Shown: positions 36,374 to 49,700 of the stretch, in pieces
How the letters are laid out: each line of letters begins with the position of its first letter
Numbering within the stretch: position 1 is the stretch's first letter
NCBI GenBank assembly: GCA_001687465.1
Contig: LVLI01000095.1
Span: 1-64,000 of the forward strand
Direction: 5' to 3'
Length of the DNA: 64,000 nt
Source of the DNA: Halocafeteria seosinensis
Lineage: Eukaryota
The notes under the pieces: generated by a model
Database searches by the model: none
The model's input: only the letters and a program-made list of their open reading frames with translations
What the model was told of the DNA's origin: nothing
Made by a program: the position numbers and the translations under genes

Positions 36374-39300
36374 TTAATCTTCTTCATCTGCAGGGCTATG
36401 AACCGGGGTGCCAGCTCCTTCAGGTACACCATACGCTGGAGTGCTACCCCCATAAGCAGGAGTGCTGCCCCCATAAGCAGGAGTGCTGCCTCCATACGCA
36501 GGAGTGGCAGCACCATAAGCTACTGCAGGTGTAGCACCGCCGTTGTAAGCCCCCTCAGGGTTGTGCATTGGTGTTGCGCCTGGATGGGCTGGTGTGCCCG
36601 CACCATATGGGTTTGCTGGAGTTCGATTATACATACCAGCCGGTGTGCGTGCAGGAGCGCCACGACTCGACATACCAGATAATCCTTCATTAGACCATCC
36701 GTCTTTGCTTCCACTACGGTCTCCGATTTTAACCAAATCCTTTTTGTTTACTTTCACTTTTTTCTGCCCCGAATGCAGCTCTACCGTACACTGCTCACCT
36801 GCCATCATCTTTACCATTCCAATTTTACCTCTATTGGGACCTTTCCTGATTTGGACACTCCAACCTCGGTATTCGTCTTCAACGCCTTGACGACGGTTCC
36901 CTGCCCCTTGTGATGTTGGTCCGCCAGACTGCTTACCGCGAGCATAAGTAGCATGGGACGGAAAGGAACTATTCTGATCGTAAGCTCCATTTCGTCCTTG
37001 GACCCCAGACAACAATGTGTTGCTGGCACGTACGGCAAGCATGCCCGCATTTTCAGAGCGCTTATGTGTATGCACGAAGACGAAGCTTCGCGCAACATGT
37101 TTGACAGTCCCATCCAGCCCACGATGATCACCGCTAACAACCTTGACACTATCCCCAACTTTGACCGGTCGATCTTGATTGTCCATCGCCTCGTCTTGCT
37201 GACTTTGTTTGTTCAATTTCCCGCGGATCTGTTGTAGCGTGACATTCTTTGTCTTCCCATGAACAGTTAGCAGAGTCAGTTCACTTTGATGAATCCCAAC
37301 TATTACTCCAGATTGCTTTTGTCCACCCATTGGAGGCAGTTCCACCAAGTCATATAGTTGATACCCGGCGATAGATGAGGCAGCAGTTGCAACTTCAGGG
37401 GTACTTTGCAAGTCATTGACGAACACATTGACTAAGCCGTTTGTCGTATCCAAATAAACAGTTGCAGTTGGAGATTTCCCTTCCTCCCCAGGTCTTACGA
37501 CAGTTACGTGGCCTGTATTGCCAGCGTGGGCTCCGCCGACAATTTTGACGTGTTCTCCCTTCTCAAAACTCTTTGTCGCTTCGTCCAACGGAACTTCAAG
37601 CTTCTGGCCAATCCCTAGTTCTCTTGCCATATCAGGCGAAACCTGCATAATGAATGTATTCTCCGCCGGTTTAAGGTGAACGACGCGCCCCTCGATCCCT
37701 CGTAGATCACCTTTAGTAATAACGACGACATCTTCGGGGACAAGTTTAGAAGCATTGCCATGGCTTCGCCGCAACGCTTCACCGTAGCTTTTACGGATCG
37801 CAGTTAGATCTTCATACTCATCGTCCTCAGAATTAGCAGCATTCAATTGAGTATTAAACTTTGCCAGTTCGTCAGCATTAGGCGGCGATCCATTGGGATC
37901 GATCCAGCTTCGGGGAACCTCTCTGTACAAGAAACCGTTCCGATAGAACCCTTTCTCCCAGTACTCGTACCGCATGTTCATGGGGCCTCGTCGAGTTTCT
38001 ATTTGGGCAGTGTTATTACTCGCGGTCATTATTTCATCACGGTTAAAGAATCGCTGCGGAGGTCGAGTCGATTTCGTACGCGCTTCGCGTTGCTCCTTGG
38101 AAAGACTAAGTTTTCCTATGTCAATTCGTGGTATAAGCTGTACTACCACTTTCCCTCCACCCCCAAGAACATCCACTACTCGCGCAGCATCGTCCTTGAA
38201 ATAGTTAGGCCTGTTCATTCGGACCCATTGGTTTTTCTTTATGGGCTGCTTCTTCCTCTCTACATTCAACACCGACGTCATTTCTTCAATAGGAATGCGT
38301 TGAATTGAGTTAGGCCGGAAGCCATAAATATTCTGGATACCATGAATCGCTTCTTGAACTTGTTGTTCACGATAGGCCTCCACAAAAAGTGTCCTGGATT
38401 GTTGTAACCTCAGATGAATCGTGTCATGATAGGTAGGGGTGTGATTGCGGTTGCGACTTACCCTTTGGCCGGACAGACCACGGAGAAGATGCCCAAAGGC
38501 GTTCCTGCTGTGGCTTTTGCAATGAATTTGTTCATCAAGGCAGAAAGTATGGTTGTTTCCTTTCCATCCTTGCATTTTACCATCCATAGTTTTGGATCTT
38601 CAACTCCTGGCACAACTGAGCTATAGTCCATGAGCCCAGCTCCTTCGTAACCTTCCATCTCTGGTTCTCGATATCGAACTTCCCTGTGAAAAGCAGTCAG
38701 GAACCATATGAACAATACCTGCCGCGCATAAATCCGATAAAATTCACTCTCAACACGTACTTGGCACGTTGTGAGAAGTAGCCGGCAATGTCTTTCGCCT
38801 CTTTGGTTTCAAGTGCAGATTTTTTGCGCTCGTCATATTCTCGTCGGATCTGTATTCACAAAAGTATAGTGTGCAGCCCATTCAAGTTCTGGTCCCATGT
38901 ATACAATGGGAGGAATGCACTTACTCGCTCATATGCTTGTCTATCGCGGTCTACGCCTTCTTTGTCCACCGCCGGCAAGTCCTTTCCATAGTCTTCTTCG
39001 TTCTCTTCTTCATCCTCGGAAGCTTCTCCTTCGACGTATCGCTGCAAATGCTTGGAATGCTTGCTCTTTTTGTGCCTCTTACTCTTTGAGGAGGCTGATT
39101 TTCCTCGCCCCCGTGGTCGCTTGCTTCCCACGTCTTGTTCATCCTCTTCTTCCTCCTCCTCCTCCTCCTCCTCGTCGTCGTCTTCATCTTCGTCGTCATC
39201 ATCATCCTCATCTTCATCTTCGTCGTCATCCTCTTCTTCTTCATCATCATCTTCGTCATCATCATCGTCGTCATCGTCCTCTGGGGCATCCTTTGATGAG

Positions 39301-39410
39301 GAAGAAGCAGCTTTTTTCCTCCTCGAGGGCATCACAGGAGCATCGTCGTCTTCCTCCTCATTCTCATTACCCACGGGCACACCATAGTTTTGATCCACTT
39401 CTTCGTTCAT
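36374..39410 (-). CDS. SPT5: Transcription elongation factor SPT5, multi-exon
   Basis: Acidic N-terminus, DPKLWMVKCK (NGN domain), multiple KOW motifs and TPAYGG C-terminal repeats. Confidence 0.93.
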
Positions 39411-39704
39411 TTTTCTTTGAATGAAAAGTCGGAAATTGGCTGAAAAAGAGCTCAATACACCACCAATCCGGCGTCAGAAAGACATTTGCCTCTCGTTTTC
39501 TATCTGGGAGGAAAGATTGTTCGGTTTGTAAAGGAGCCTAGGCTGCCTCGCGGCGAAGCTGCTCAAAGAAGCAGGTTTAAGTGTCATACCCGTAGGTATC
39601 TGGACGCATACGTTTCTAGTACATGGCAATTCCATCACTAATTATGCAAACAAAAACCACAAGATAAAAAAAATAAAAATACGATTCTATGCTGGGGTGT
39701 GTAC

Positions 39705-41386
39705 TTAGTTTCGATCGGTAGCTTTCGAGTCCAATGTACTGAGAACGATGGCGAAAGCTTGGAGTGGGGTTAATGGATATCGGAAGTCTAGGGTAAACTT
39801 ATCTCGATCCAACCTACCAAACTGGAGAGCAATGATATGATCATTTCGACGGGATAACCGGAAATTCTTTACACTCCCTCTGCTCCTACGGTCTTCAAAG
39901 TGAAGTACATATGCGCCTAGATTGTCGTCCCAAACAGGAACTTCGTTCCGTAGTATATCAAAGGATGAGCTACCCTCCGTTTCCAGTTTGGACATGATAC
40001 TTTCGCTCTCCGAGCGTGGGCGAATTACGCTTGGCACACCGGCCTTACTAACTTTGGGAAGGACAACATCGCGGATGACCGCTTGTCTAACATGTTTCCC
40101 GACGTTATAGCGAACAACACCCAACTCTTTTCGCAGACAGGAAAAAGATACCGTGTCTTCCGGACTAATCCCTTCATTGTACACTGTGTAGTGGAACCCT
40201 CCCTGCACGAAACCACGCACGGGAAATAGCAACCGGAGGGAATTTCGTGTAACTTCCGGGTCAACTCACCCAATCACCTCGGACTTTTCCGACATTCAGC
40301 GGGTTTCCTCGTTCTGTAGGTGTCGTATCTAGAGTGATCAAGTAATTTGAAGTCTTACTCGCAACTCGTTTCTGCATCCAGTAAAATTGAAATTCCAAGC
40401 AGTTGCAACTCTCAATGGTAAATTCCCGGTCATGACCACACCATGAGCTACGCACCCGAGTGCACATTAGATATTGTCCGTCTTTCTCAAGATACAAATA
40501 GTATGTCGGAGCTCCAAAAAAATGGCGTTTTCGTGTCATTACACACTGCAAGAAAAGGACCATCCCCTAAAATATACTAACAACACAAAGGGAAGCACAC
40601 CGCACGTACCCGTGTGAGTTCGCGTTCTCCCACCGGCTGATTTACAAACGATTTCAAGGACTCCACTGTCTCTTTATTGTGCCTTGCTCTTTGAATGTTA
40701 CTAGACGGTGAACTTGCACTTTCTGGACTCTGGTGAGCGATTTTCACTGCTCGGTCAAACTCATCGGCACTATCCGAGGCAGTCAATGGTGGCGTCGATG
40801 CTGAGCTTGTCGGAGAACTACCAGCAGTAGGAGACTGTTGCACTCGTACTTTCACTGGACGATGACTCTGCTGTATACTTGCCTCTTCCCTCTCGCCGTT
40901 GCTACTCGCCTGGTCCTCCATTGCTTCCTCAAACACGCTCGCAACCAGATCGTCCTCGTCAGAACCATCTTCTTCCATTTGTACTGTTTGCACGGCTAGC
41001 TTCCGATTCGTTCGCTGTTGCTTATGATACTCCTCGACGTTGCTCTTTGCACGACTCATTTGGTTCGTCTTTAGCTCGCTTGCCTTTGTAGCTGCTATGT
41101 AAAGAGACGGCTCAGAACTGGTCGCAAGTCCATGGCTGCGACGGACTGCAGTGAGGGCATTGCCCGATTCCCCTCTGTATATCCTCGAAGAATACCTTGC
41201 TGTTGCATCCACGTCTCTTTCCCCATCGTCCGAATCGGAACCGAGCTGATCCTCCTCTAGCTCTGCAACCATGGAATCCACAACGTCCCACTCGAGGTGA
41301 TCCATGCTGCTGTTTGCTGGAACTTTGTTTGCCACCAGCGGGGAGGAAATATGTTCTTCAGGCGTCCCCTCTATCTCCCCAATCAA
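39705..41386 (-). CDS. Tubby-domain protein (paralog 1); first exon not located
   Basis: YYLYLE, KTSNYLI, GKVRG, N..PVWDD....YVLHF, SVKNF, LQFGR and FTLDFRYPL..LQAF motifs. Confidence 0.88.
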
Positions 41387-41722
41387 CTGCAGATGATAAA
41401 ATTAAGGCCACAACCTGATTGCCAGAAGCAGGAGGAGGAATTTTGAATACAATCCCACCGTGGGCGACTTAACTAACACTTCTCATTGAAGTTCTCAAAT
41501 CTGTAAGCAACCCTCAACATGCTTCAAGGCCACGTGGCATGGCCCATGTGAGGGCACTATGATGCGGCCCTTGGGGGAAATTTCAAATAGGGTAAGCACC
41601 GCGGACCCACACAAGACCAAGATAGCCCCTGCCCTGAGCATGATGATGGAGTGGTGCGCGGCGTATAAAGTGTACACTTTGTTCTCTCTGGCGGCTACAG
41701 ACGGCTCCGGTAGCGCGAACAA

Positions 41723-41828
41723 CAGGAACAGCGGGCCCGTCGCTGCTTAACACGGGCGCTTACCGCTCCTCGTTAAGAGGATGTGGTCAACTTCCCGGCC
41801 GGTGGGCTATCTGTCACATTTGTGTGTG
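41723..41828 (+). mobile_element. Second copy of the 96-nt retroelement terminus with a (TG)n tail
   Basis: Reverse complement of 15578-15673 with 6 mismatches in 96 nt by manual alignment, followed by tgtgtgtg. Confidence 0.85.
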
Positions 41829-42039
41829 TCGAACAACGGGATACTGCAGACTTTGCTTTTGTTGTATTCATGTTCGCGACGGGCATCTCACGTCATTCAT
41901 TGTTCAGCCTTGTAAGTTAGAGAACTACCTTCAAACGCCCAGAACGTCTGTGGGTTCCACTATAAGCACGCACCTGTGTCTCTGTTCTTGCTCAACGCAA
42001 CGCCCTTGGTGTGCTCCGACAGAGCTGTCAAACGTACGC

Positions 42040-42600
42040 TCCAAATAAACTGTCAAACGGCTCCACGATGGAATGCAAGGTTTGCAGAGCTGCTCAGATA
42101 CCGGATGAACGTCAGTAGGAATGCCAGCAATGCGCCGCCCGCAAGTTGGCGAAGATTCGCTTGGTACCCGTCAACAGTGCGGTGCCGGAGGGGAAGTTCC
42201 CAGTGTTGATCAGGGCAGTTGTCAGCAATATCTTTTGGGGGCTGTTGCAAATATATCAGATTTCGAGTGCTATACTTATCGTGAAGGGAAAGTGCCAAGT
42301 GCCAATCGGGACAAATGCGTTACAGCGGAATCGTCCGGGACACCCACGTCTTCATCTACTCCTGCTCCAAGCCAAAGCACCACGGCAAGCGCTTTTGTAT
42401 CCTCCACAGCGTCATCTACTCCTCCTGCTTGTCCAAATCAAAGCGCCACCGCAAGCACTTCCGTATCCTCCCTAGCGTCATCTACTCCTCCTGTTTCTCC
42501 AAGTCAAAGCGCCACGACCAGCACTCCCGTATCCTCCACACCGTCATCCGCTCCGCCTGCTTCTCCAATTTATAGCCACGATCCCACGACAAGTGCTTCC
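42040..42600 (+). pseudogene. Disrupted Cys-rich/S-T-P surface protein gene fragment
   Basis: ECKVC..QIPDERQ*ECQQC, VPSVDQGSCQQ and VPSANRDKC repeats with a stop and frameshifts, followed by an S/T/P stalk. Confidence 0.6.
42352..42570 (+). repeat. Tandem repeat, about 66-bp unit (first unit 60 bp), about 3.4 copies, encoding SSTPPxxPSQSATxSTxVSS
   Basis: tcatctactcct-like starts at 42352, 42412, 42478 and 42544. Confidence 0.9.
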
Positions 42601-42828
42601 ATCTACACCGTCTCCTTCCCCAAATTACACGAGGGAACCACCTTCGCGTACTGTCGTCCGTTACTGATGGCTGTACATGTATGGAGAAATGTGCATTAGA
42701 GTCTCACAGCGCAAGTTGTATATCGGCCGGTACGAAACAAAAGGCGGGAATACATGCGACGTACTACTGTATGAAGTGGCCTGTATAGTAAGGGATTTCT
42801 AGGACGACAGGCCTGGTATTGTAGGCTT

Positions 42829-42856
42829 CCGGTAGGAGCAATACCAATACACACAC
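42829..42856 (+). mobile_element. Second copy of the RLE element 3' terminal motif with a short (AC)n tail
   Basis: CCGGTAGGAGCAATACCAATACAC is identical (24/24) to the reverse complement of 14967-14990. Confidence 0.75.
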
Positions 42857-43260
42857 GGCAGCAGGGTCGGAGGTTCGGAATTTTCAAACTTCACAGCATG
42901 TTTTGTCGCTGAAATGCGTAGTGCTGTTCAATCAACGGGGAAAGATCATCCTTGTAAAAGTTTAAATAAATGAATATAGCAGATCCATTGAGACGGCGAT
43001 GCCGTATGGTATCACGTTGTCGATATATCTAGTAGCCACTCTTGTGCCCCAGTTGTCTAAGTCTTGCAAGGAGTTGAGAAGTCACTTCTTCCCTTACGCG
43101 GAAATTTGTTATACTAGAAAAACCAGCACGGAGCGTAGTTGATTCATAGGGACTAGCCCCTATACACGCCAGGGTATGACGTTTTACCAAATAGGTTGTG
43201 CCTTCAAGGTGGTGGATTGATGGCTTAGTGGACACCGCAAGTCATTGCGACGAAAGTAGT

Positions 43261-45806
43261 ATGACAATTACTAGAGGGGTCTTACTAAGCATTTTATTTG
43301 TCGGTTGCTTTGGAGTCTACTGGTTCACAGGAAAAGCAGATAATGCCGTATCTTCAGAAGACTTAGAACGTGGACGTTCCCAACACAGGTCTCCCAGAGC
43401 CTCTCCGGAGTCCACTCAAAATCCTAAAAAATGTGGTTCCACCTCTGTTCCCTTATCATCACCTTCACTAATTGGCGATATTATAGTAGCTTTAGGTGAT
43501 GTCAGAGATTCTGTGCTGGTTCATGACCTTATGCCCCGGGGGCAACCAGAGACCAGGGAGCGCGTTGTAAGTAGCCTTATCGGAAGGAAGGCTATGCATT
43601 TGCTGTTGCTTAGAAGTGCATCTTCGTTCTCTATTGAAGACCCAAAGAACGAGAGTATCCGTGTCATACCAGAATCTGTTATTCGTATTCGGGAAAGGCT
43701 CACTGGGGAGCATACACGCATAGTACGTTCTCCGAGAGTGGGGGCAAGTTTGGAATACTTAGAACGCCATGGGTACAATATTAGTTTAGGATCTCAGAAA
43801 GGAGCCGTACTTGGGCTTGCTCAGGGGGCTCTCATCAGGCCATTGAAACGGCAGAAACGACATCGTTCGACAATGCGCTGTTTGTGGCCCAGCAAGTTGC
43901 CGCTGATACATCGCTTTTGCTTGTAAATGACATTGCAAGCATCGTTCAAAAAGGTGGACTCTTGCAGGAAGTGATACATGCAACCATGGAACGTACAATG
44001 CATGAGCTCTTACTGATGTTTCCACGGCCATGCTCGTCACTGTTGGTAGAGAGGGCAGCCAAAGCGCTGACAGTACACAAGATAGCGGGATGGAGATGGC
44101 ACACGGTAGGAAATGTATATACGGACTCATCAGGGGTACTTATGTTTACAAAAGAACCTTGGAGGTATGCATTTGGTATTAACAGTGGTAACTTTGTTAA
44201 GTTTCAGAATCCTGTCGGGCTTCCTGAAGGCGTCAATACTAATTCTACGTTTTTTCTTACGCATACTAGGGAGCGCCTCCCCGAATGCATTGCCATTCAC
44301 CGAAAATGTGCATCAAGGATTCTTGAATGTCCATTCCAGCGAATGGAATTTCCAACTTCGGGGGAACCGCGACTTTCTCTGGGTATAGCGCCTAGCCTAA
44401 CTCATCATTTGCTGTCTCAGACGCGAGGAAACAACCATGGCATACTTGGCGACACGAAATACTCCCCTATAGTTGATATTGTCAGAAACTATCGTGCGTT
44501 GGGAAAATGGTTAGATCCAGACTTTAATTCAAGATGGAAAATGGCAAATCCTTCATGGCTGAACAGCACAGCATGGGGCACTGTACTATCAGCGGTTTAT
44601 TCACGAAATAGCACCATCATCGGCCCGGTAGGCAGGGTTCAGCTTATCCAAAACACTCCAGACTTCGTCTTCAATGGATATTTTACTGGGTTTAGTGTCT
44701 TGTCCATATTTGGGGTACTTCCTATAGCGATGTTTTTCCAGTTCACGAACCCTGTGATGGATTTGCTTCTGCAATACGGAATACCTTCCGTTTGGGAAAC
44801 TGCAGGTACTTCACCTTTAGCACAGTCGAACCCTGTTAGTGCTTATTTCTTCACACATGCCAGAAATTTCAAGGGACACGAAGCAGGCCGTTTTCACCCC
44901 TACATAGCCTGGAACGTCGAATACAACGCCGCCTACATGGGTGCGCCGCATACACGGGAGTATTTCGCAAATGCTACCCTTATACTAGAGTACAGCAAAG
45001 CAAATTTTTTCAGGTACTACGAAGCCAGAGATACTCTTCCGCTGTACTTCCCGATGTGCTACTACAGCAGAACCATGAGGCCCTTCCTGCCGCCAATGGT
45101 GCAAGACATCCAAAGTGCACCCACACTTAGCCAATCTAAGGGCAGTGTTCTTTGCGCCCAGATTTTCGGCTGCTCTAAAACGAAACATTGCAGAAGACGA
45201 AAGCAAATTTTGGACAACATCAGAAACATTCTGAAGCATGGGCATAGGAAGGATCCGGCCAGCACCAAGGGTTTGAGACCGAAGGAAGCAGACATGTTAA
45301 GGGAAACAAGACGTATTCTCGCTGACTCTCCACGACTACGGGTAGCCGTTGGCCAGCGAACTTACGGCATCAAATTGCGTGAATACATGAGAGAAGCACC
45401 GTTTGTACTGAACATCCATTCGACCCTTCCCCCCGGTGGCGCATCTTTAGAGATTTCACGGTTGACCCAAGCGATATCTCTCGGTGTCGCAGAAGTTATC
45501 TCCGAAAGAGGCACGGAATACGATCGAACAATCGAAGACCAGATTTCCGGCCCCGGCATGACTTTCCTAGACACTAAAGGCAGAACTGAGTTTGAAATAG
45601 CTGTGCAATTTGCTCACCACATTGCAACTAATTGCGATGTCGGTTCCAGACTCGAGTCACTTGAGCGTGCGCGCTCTGTGGCTCATAGGATCCAGAACAC
45701 TTCCTTGGCATGCGAACACAATCGGAACGTGATATCCTCTGTCAATAGGTTGGTTAAGTTCCTTCCTGCATGGTATTACTGGCTTCAAGACACAGAGGGA
45801 CATTGA
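43261..45806 (+). CDS. Type II membrane protein with a C-terminal glycosyltransferase-like (GT-B) region; probable intron 43723-43784
   Basis: N-terminal TM. A gtacgt...attag intron joins ORFs 43198 and 43884 in phase. Motif FVLNIH...LEISRL..AISLG..VISERG. Confidence 0.6.
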
Positions 45807-46778
45807 CAAGAAGGTATCACATGACAAATGACCCGTAGTTCTTTAGAGCTATCAGTATATAGCGTTTCGATCCCTGACTACTGGCAATTCTATTGGTTTA
45901 TAGTATTACTTTAAAATTTATACCCAAAAGTGGAAGCGCACGGGACTCGGCTGAAGTTTCAAACAGCGTAGAAGATACCGAAAGAATGCTGCTTCATTAC
46001 TTGAGGACCCTCCACATTAGTTTTCAGCAATGGCAGAGCGCATTGTTAACCAAAACACATAAAGAGAATATGAAAAGTGCATCCAGTATGAATGCTGCAT
46101 GTGAATAGATATAAGCCCTTGCTTGAAATCTACCTTAGGGGAACATACACTGCTCGCCTCAGCCACAATTGTGCCTGAAGGATCGAGTCTCTGCCAGTAA
46201 CTCAGTGAGAAGGAATCATTAACCCAATAGGTTGCATAGATTCGACGTTAAGACGGTGTACTTGCTGTGTATATTGGTCAGCCATACGGCGTTGTTGCAC
46301 AGCCACCGCTGCATTCCCGGAACGCTTATCGAAGGCTTCATTCAGCTGGAACGTCTATCCCATTATGACAGACAGGATACACGAGTGTCTTCTAACGCTA
46401 ATGTTCCGATGTATAGCATATCAGAAAGCAATACACAGTGTGACGAGGAATTCCAGACTTCCGACGGATTCTCCGTACGCGGCGGGGTCCCGCGGGGAGT
46501 GTTGGTCCAGTGTTCTCAGCCGCTGGAATTGGCGCGCCGTTGGGCAATGTCCTTCCCTGGACAAGTCTCACATTCAGCAGGATTGGGAAAACAGCTACCG
46601 TTTGCTTCTGTTTCTCCCCCACTCAAGGCATACGAGAGTCTATCGTGGGGTGCAGTGACTAATTTGTGCACTTTGTAAAGCAAGTCAAGTCCGGGTCTGA
46701 GGAAGTTGCAGTGCCCTCTCATACTATTGCTTGCGCCACCAGCGCATACATTGGTCCCCATCAATCGAAACGAGGACC

Positions 46779-49700
46779 ATGTCGAAGTTCTTTGAGTCCT
46801 CCATGGCGTCAGGGGAATCCGCCCTGGAGAAGGTGGATGTAAGTGCACCGACTTCACTGTTGTCTGCCGGCACATTGGACACCGTTGAGGCCGGACAGTC
46901 TACTATATTTGGGCTCGAAAACATTTGCATTTCATGTCTTACTGTCTTCGGATAAATGCAGGCCCCCAAAGTCTACAAGCAAAGTCGGCAGGCGATCGGT
47001 GCCGCCTTTGCGGCGGCAGCAGGTCTTGGTGGAGCTGCCATGAATCTGTTGAAACTGGATGTGATACGAGACTTTGCCCAGAATGTGGCGCTTTTCTTTG
47101 CGGGGATTGCCAGTGAAGGTCTGGAATTGGCGAAGAAAACGTTTGGACGCATTTTCGGGCTTATTTCGATTGACCTGAACATGGTGTATGATGGTATCAA
47201 CCCATTCCACATCATCGTGCTCCTGGCGGTTCTTGGCGTGATAATGGTCGGAGTCTTGATAGCGTTCTACTTCATGACGCGCAAAATGAACCCAGATGAG
47301 ATTCGGCAGGTAAGGAGGAAGCAAGGTAGTAAAGAACTTTTAAGAATTGCACTACTCCTTTCCTTGCTACGTTAAGTCCAGGGTCACGAAGTAGTGAAAT
47401 GGGATGACCGAAAAGAAGACGAGAGCAAGAGGGTCATGTTCATTAAGTACAGCTTGCTAGCTGCAACAACTCTCTATCTGCCCGTTTCCAGAGCTTTGGC
47501 ACAAGCAGTTCGATGTGGCCCTACCATGATTCGAGTATGTCGGTATCTGCGATTCAGCCTGTTAATACCTCTTTACCCTGCTGTCTCTTGCTTGTACAGA
47601 TACTTGTCGAAAAGGATTTCTTGGAAATTGAAGAAGTCATCAATTCAACTTTAGGATGCAGAAACCTGACGATTGCTTTGAACGATGGAGCAACTGATGC
47701 AGATATCATTAATAACGAGGGAAAGGGGAAAGACGTCAGCTTTTCAGACTGCGATTGTGCCGATTGGGGTAAGACAATTTACTGGATAATTACACTCTTT
47801 GCGAAAACCAACTTAGGAAAGTCGTCTGTAACGTCGGTGAATTGTTGATACAGAGAATTACTCATCGGTTCGTCTCATAGCCATTGTAATCATTATCCTG
47901 TTTACGATTGGCTTTCCGATATACTGCGTGTGGCTCATTCGTGAGAACAAGCCGTACGGCAGCCGTGAAGACCCCGACAAGTGCTACGATGAGGAAGGCG
48001 AGCTCGTTGAGTATACTGACGATCGGTAAGCTTAACCATGCGCCTTCGTATTCTACCGATAACTTTCTTACCCAGGGAATTGCAGGTATCAGGATGATTT
48101 GAAGAACAGCCCGAATCAGCTCAGCTGCCCCTACTTGACGTTGTACGTATTCTCAGCGAGCGGGCTTCTCACATTGACACATTACAGTATTTGCTTGCCT
48201 TTCACGATGGGTGTACCTGGTAAACAGATACGATGGATTTGAACGGAAGTGGTCATTTTATAAGGTTTGGGTAATGGCAACGAAATTCCTACTGGTGATG
48301 CCCGGCATCCTATGGTATGAAAGCCCTGTTGGCCAGTCTGTAGTGAGCGCCCTTATCCTGGGAATTCTTGGAGGACTGTCCTTCTACTCAACCCCATTTC
48401 TGGACCCTACTGGTACGGTATTTTGCTATGGCGTTATGAATCGTCCATTTTGTTGAGAATTAAATTGTTCATTCTCAGATGATGTACTAGACGCTTCTGG
48501 TCGACTCACGAGTTTTGCCACAGTGTTGTTCGCTCTGTTCGCAAGTTTAGGAGGTGCCAGTGCTTTTTCCGCTCTTGTCATGTTGGCCAACTCTGTGAAT
48601 GCTATTGTTATGCTATTGTCGACTCTTTGGGGCTTCGCTGCCGTCCGCTCGTTTGTGAAGGGTATAACAGGGCAACTACAATTCAGCGACAGCGTGAAAA
48701 AAGTAGTCGGCCCTGCTAAACGGATCATTCCTCGCTGGGATATCTCCTCAGAACTGAAAAGGCGGATATGGCATCCGTTTTGGGAAGCTGTGCTCCTGGA
48801 GGAAGGTGAAATCTATGCCAAGCGGCTAACCGACATGCAAGGCAAAGCTAGGGATGTTGGCAAGCATCGTATACTGCAGCATTGGAAAAACGGAGCTAAT
48901 GAAGAAATGAATGAAGCCAGACAACGTCTCATGGAGGAGTACGAAGGTGTAGATGTGTACTATGGTGGTGTAAGTCTAGTTCTCATGTTTACATATTTAT
49001 AATTACCGTTCTCTAAGCTACATAAATGCTACAGGAAACTCATGACGGAGAGCTAAACAGTAAGACGTTTTTCGGCAAGATGTATATTGTAGCCTACCCG
49101 TTTCACGCGGTTATGGTATACGACGATAGCGATGACTACACATTTATTTGGGAAGGTAAGTGAATCATATTGCTCTCTCTCGATGTGAAGAGCAAGCAAT
49201 GACATAGCCTAATTGCGCAGACCGAACAAAAGAATTGCTTGAGCAAAACGATGATGAAGAAATTCAACGGAGACGGAATGTTCGCGAAAAGCTACGAGGC
49301 CTCTGTGCCCCTGATCTTGGTCCAGGTCCAGAACTGACCTACCACCTCGAGAGATGGGAACAGCACCAAGTACCCGACGGAACGGAAGAATATAAGGACG
49401 CGGAAGGCAATACGCAAACCCGGACAAAGTATGCGACAGTGGATGTGTTTATGACGTACTCCAAGGGTAACGTGTCTATCGGCATGAATTCCGATCTGCC
49501 GATGCAAGCTGGGTTCAAGTTTGGGTTGAACCTCACGGACGGGCATGGTGTGGCAACAGCACCGTCTACTGGCGAAGAGCATACCATCCACAACTCGATT
49601 ACTCTTGGGAGGGACGACATTGGTATCGACGACAAGTATGTATGCCTCGTTTGCATAGTCAGTGAATCACAAGCATATATACATTTAAGTATCCATTGCG

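Noticed and set aside
38897..39424. Poly-Ser, poly-Arg and His/Pro ORFs
   Set aside because: Alternative-frame and antisense shadows of the SPT5 acidic tract.
15578..41818. The inverted 96-nt repeats as TIRs of a 26-kb giant transposon
   Set aside because: The interior is ordinary intron-containing housekeeping genes, and I found no transposase or target-site duplication.
42352..42570. CRISPR-like array
   Set aside because: Contiguous coding-type tandem repeat with no unique spacers, in a eukaryotic context.
46300..46750. Possible further Cys-rich gene fragment (CETCPGK) on the minus strand
   Set aside because: Only one CxxCP motif; too weak to call.
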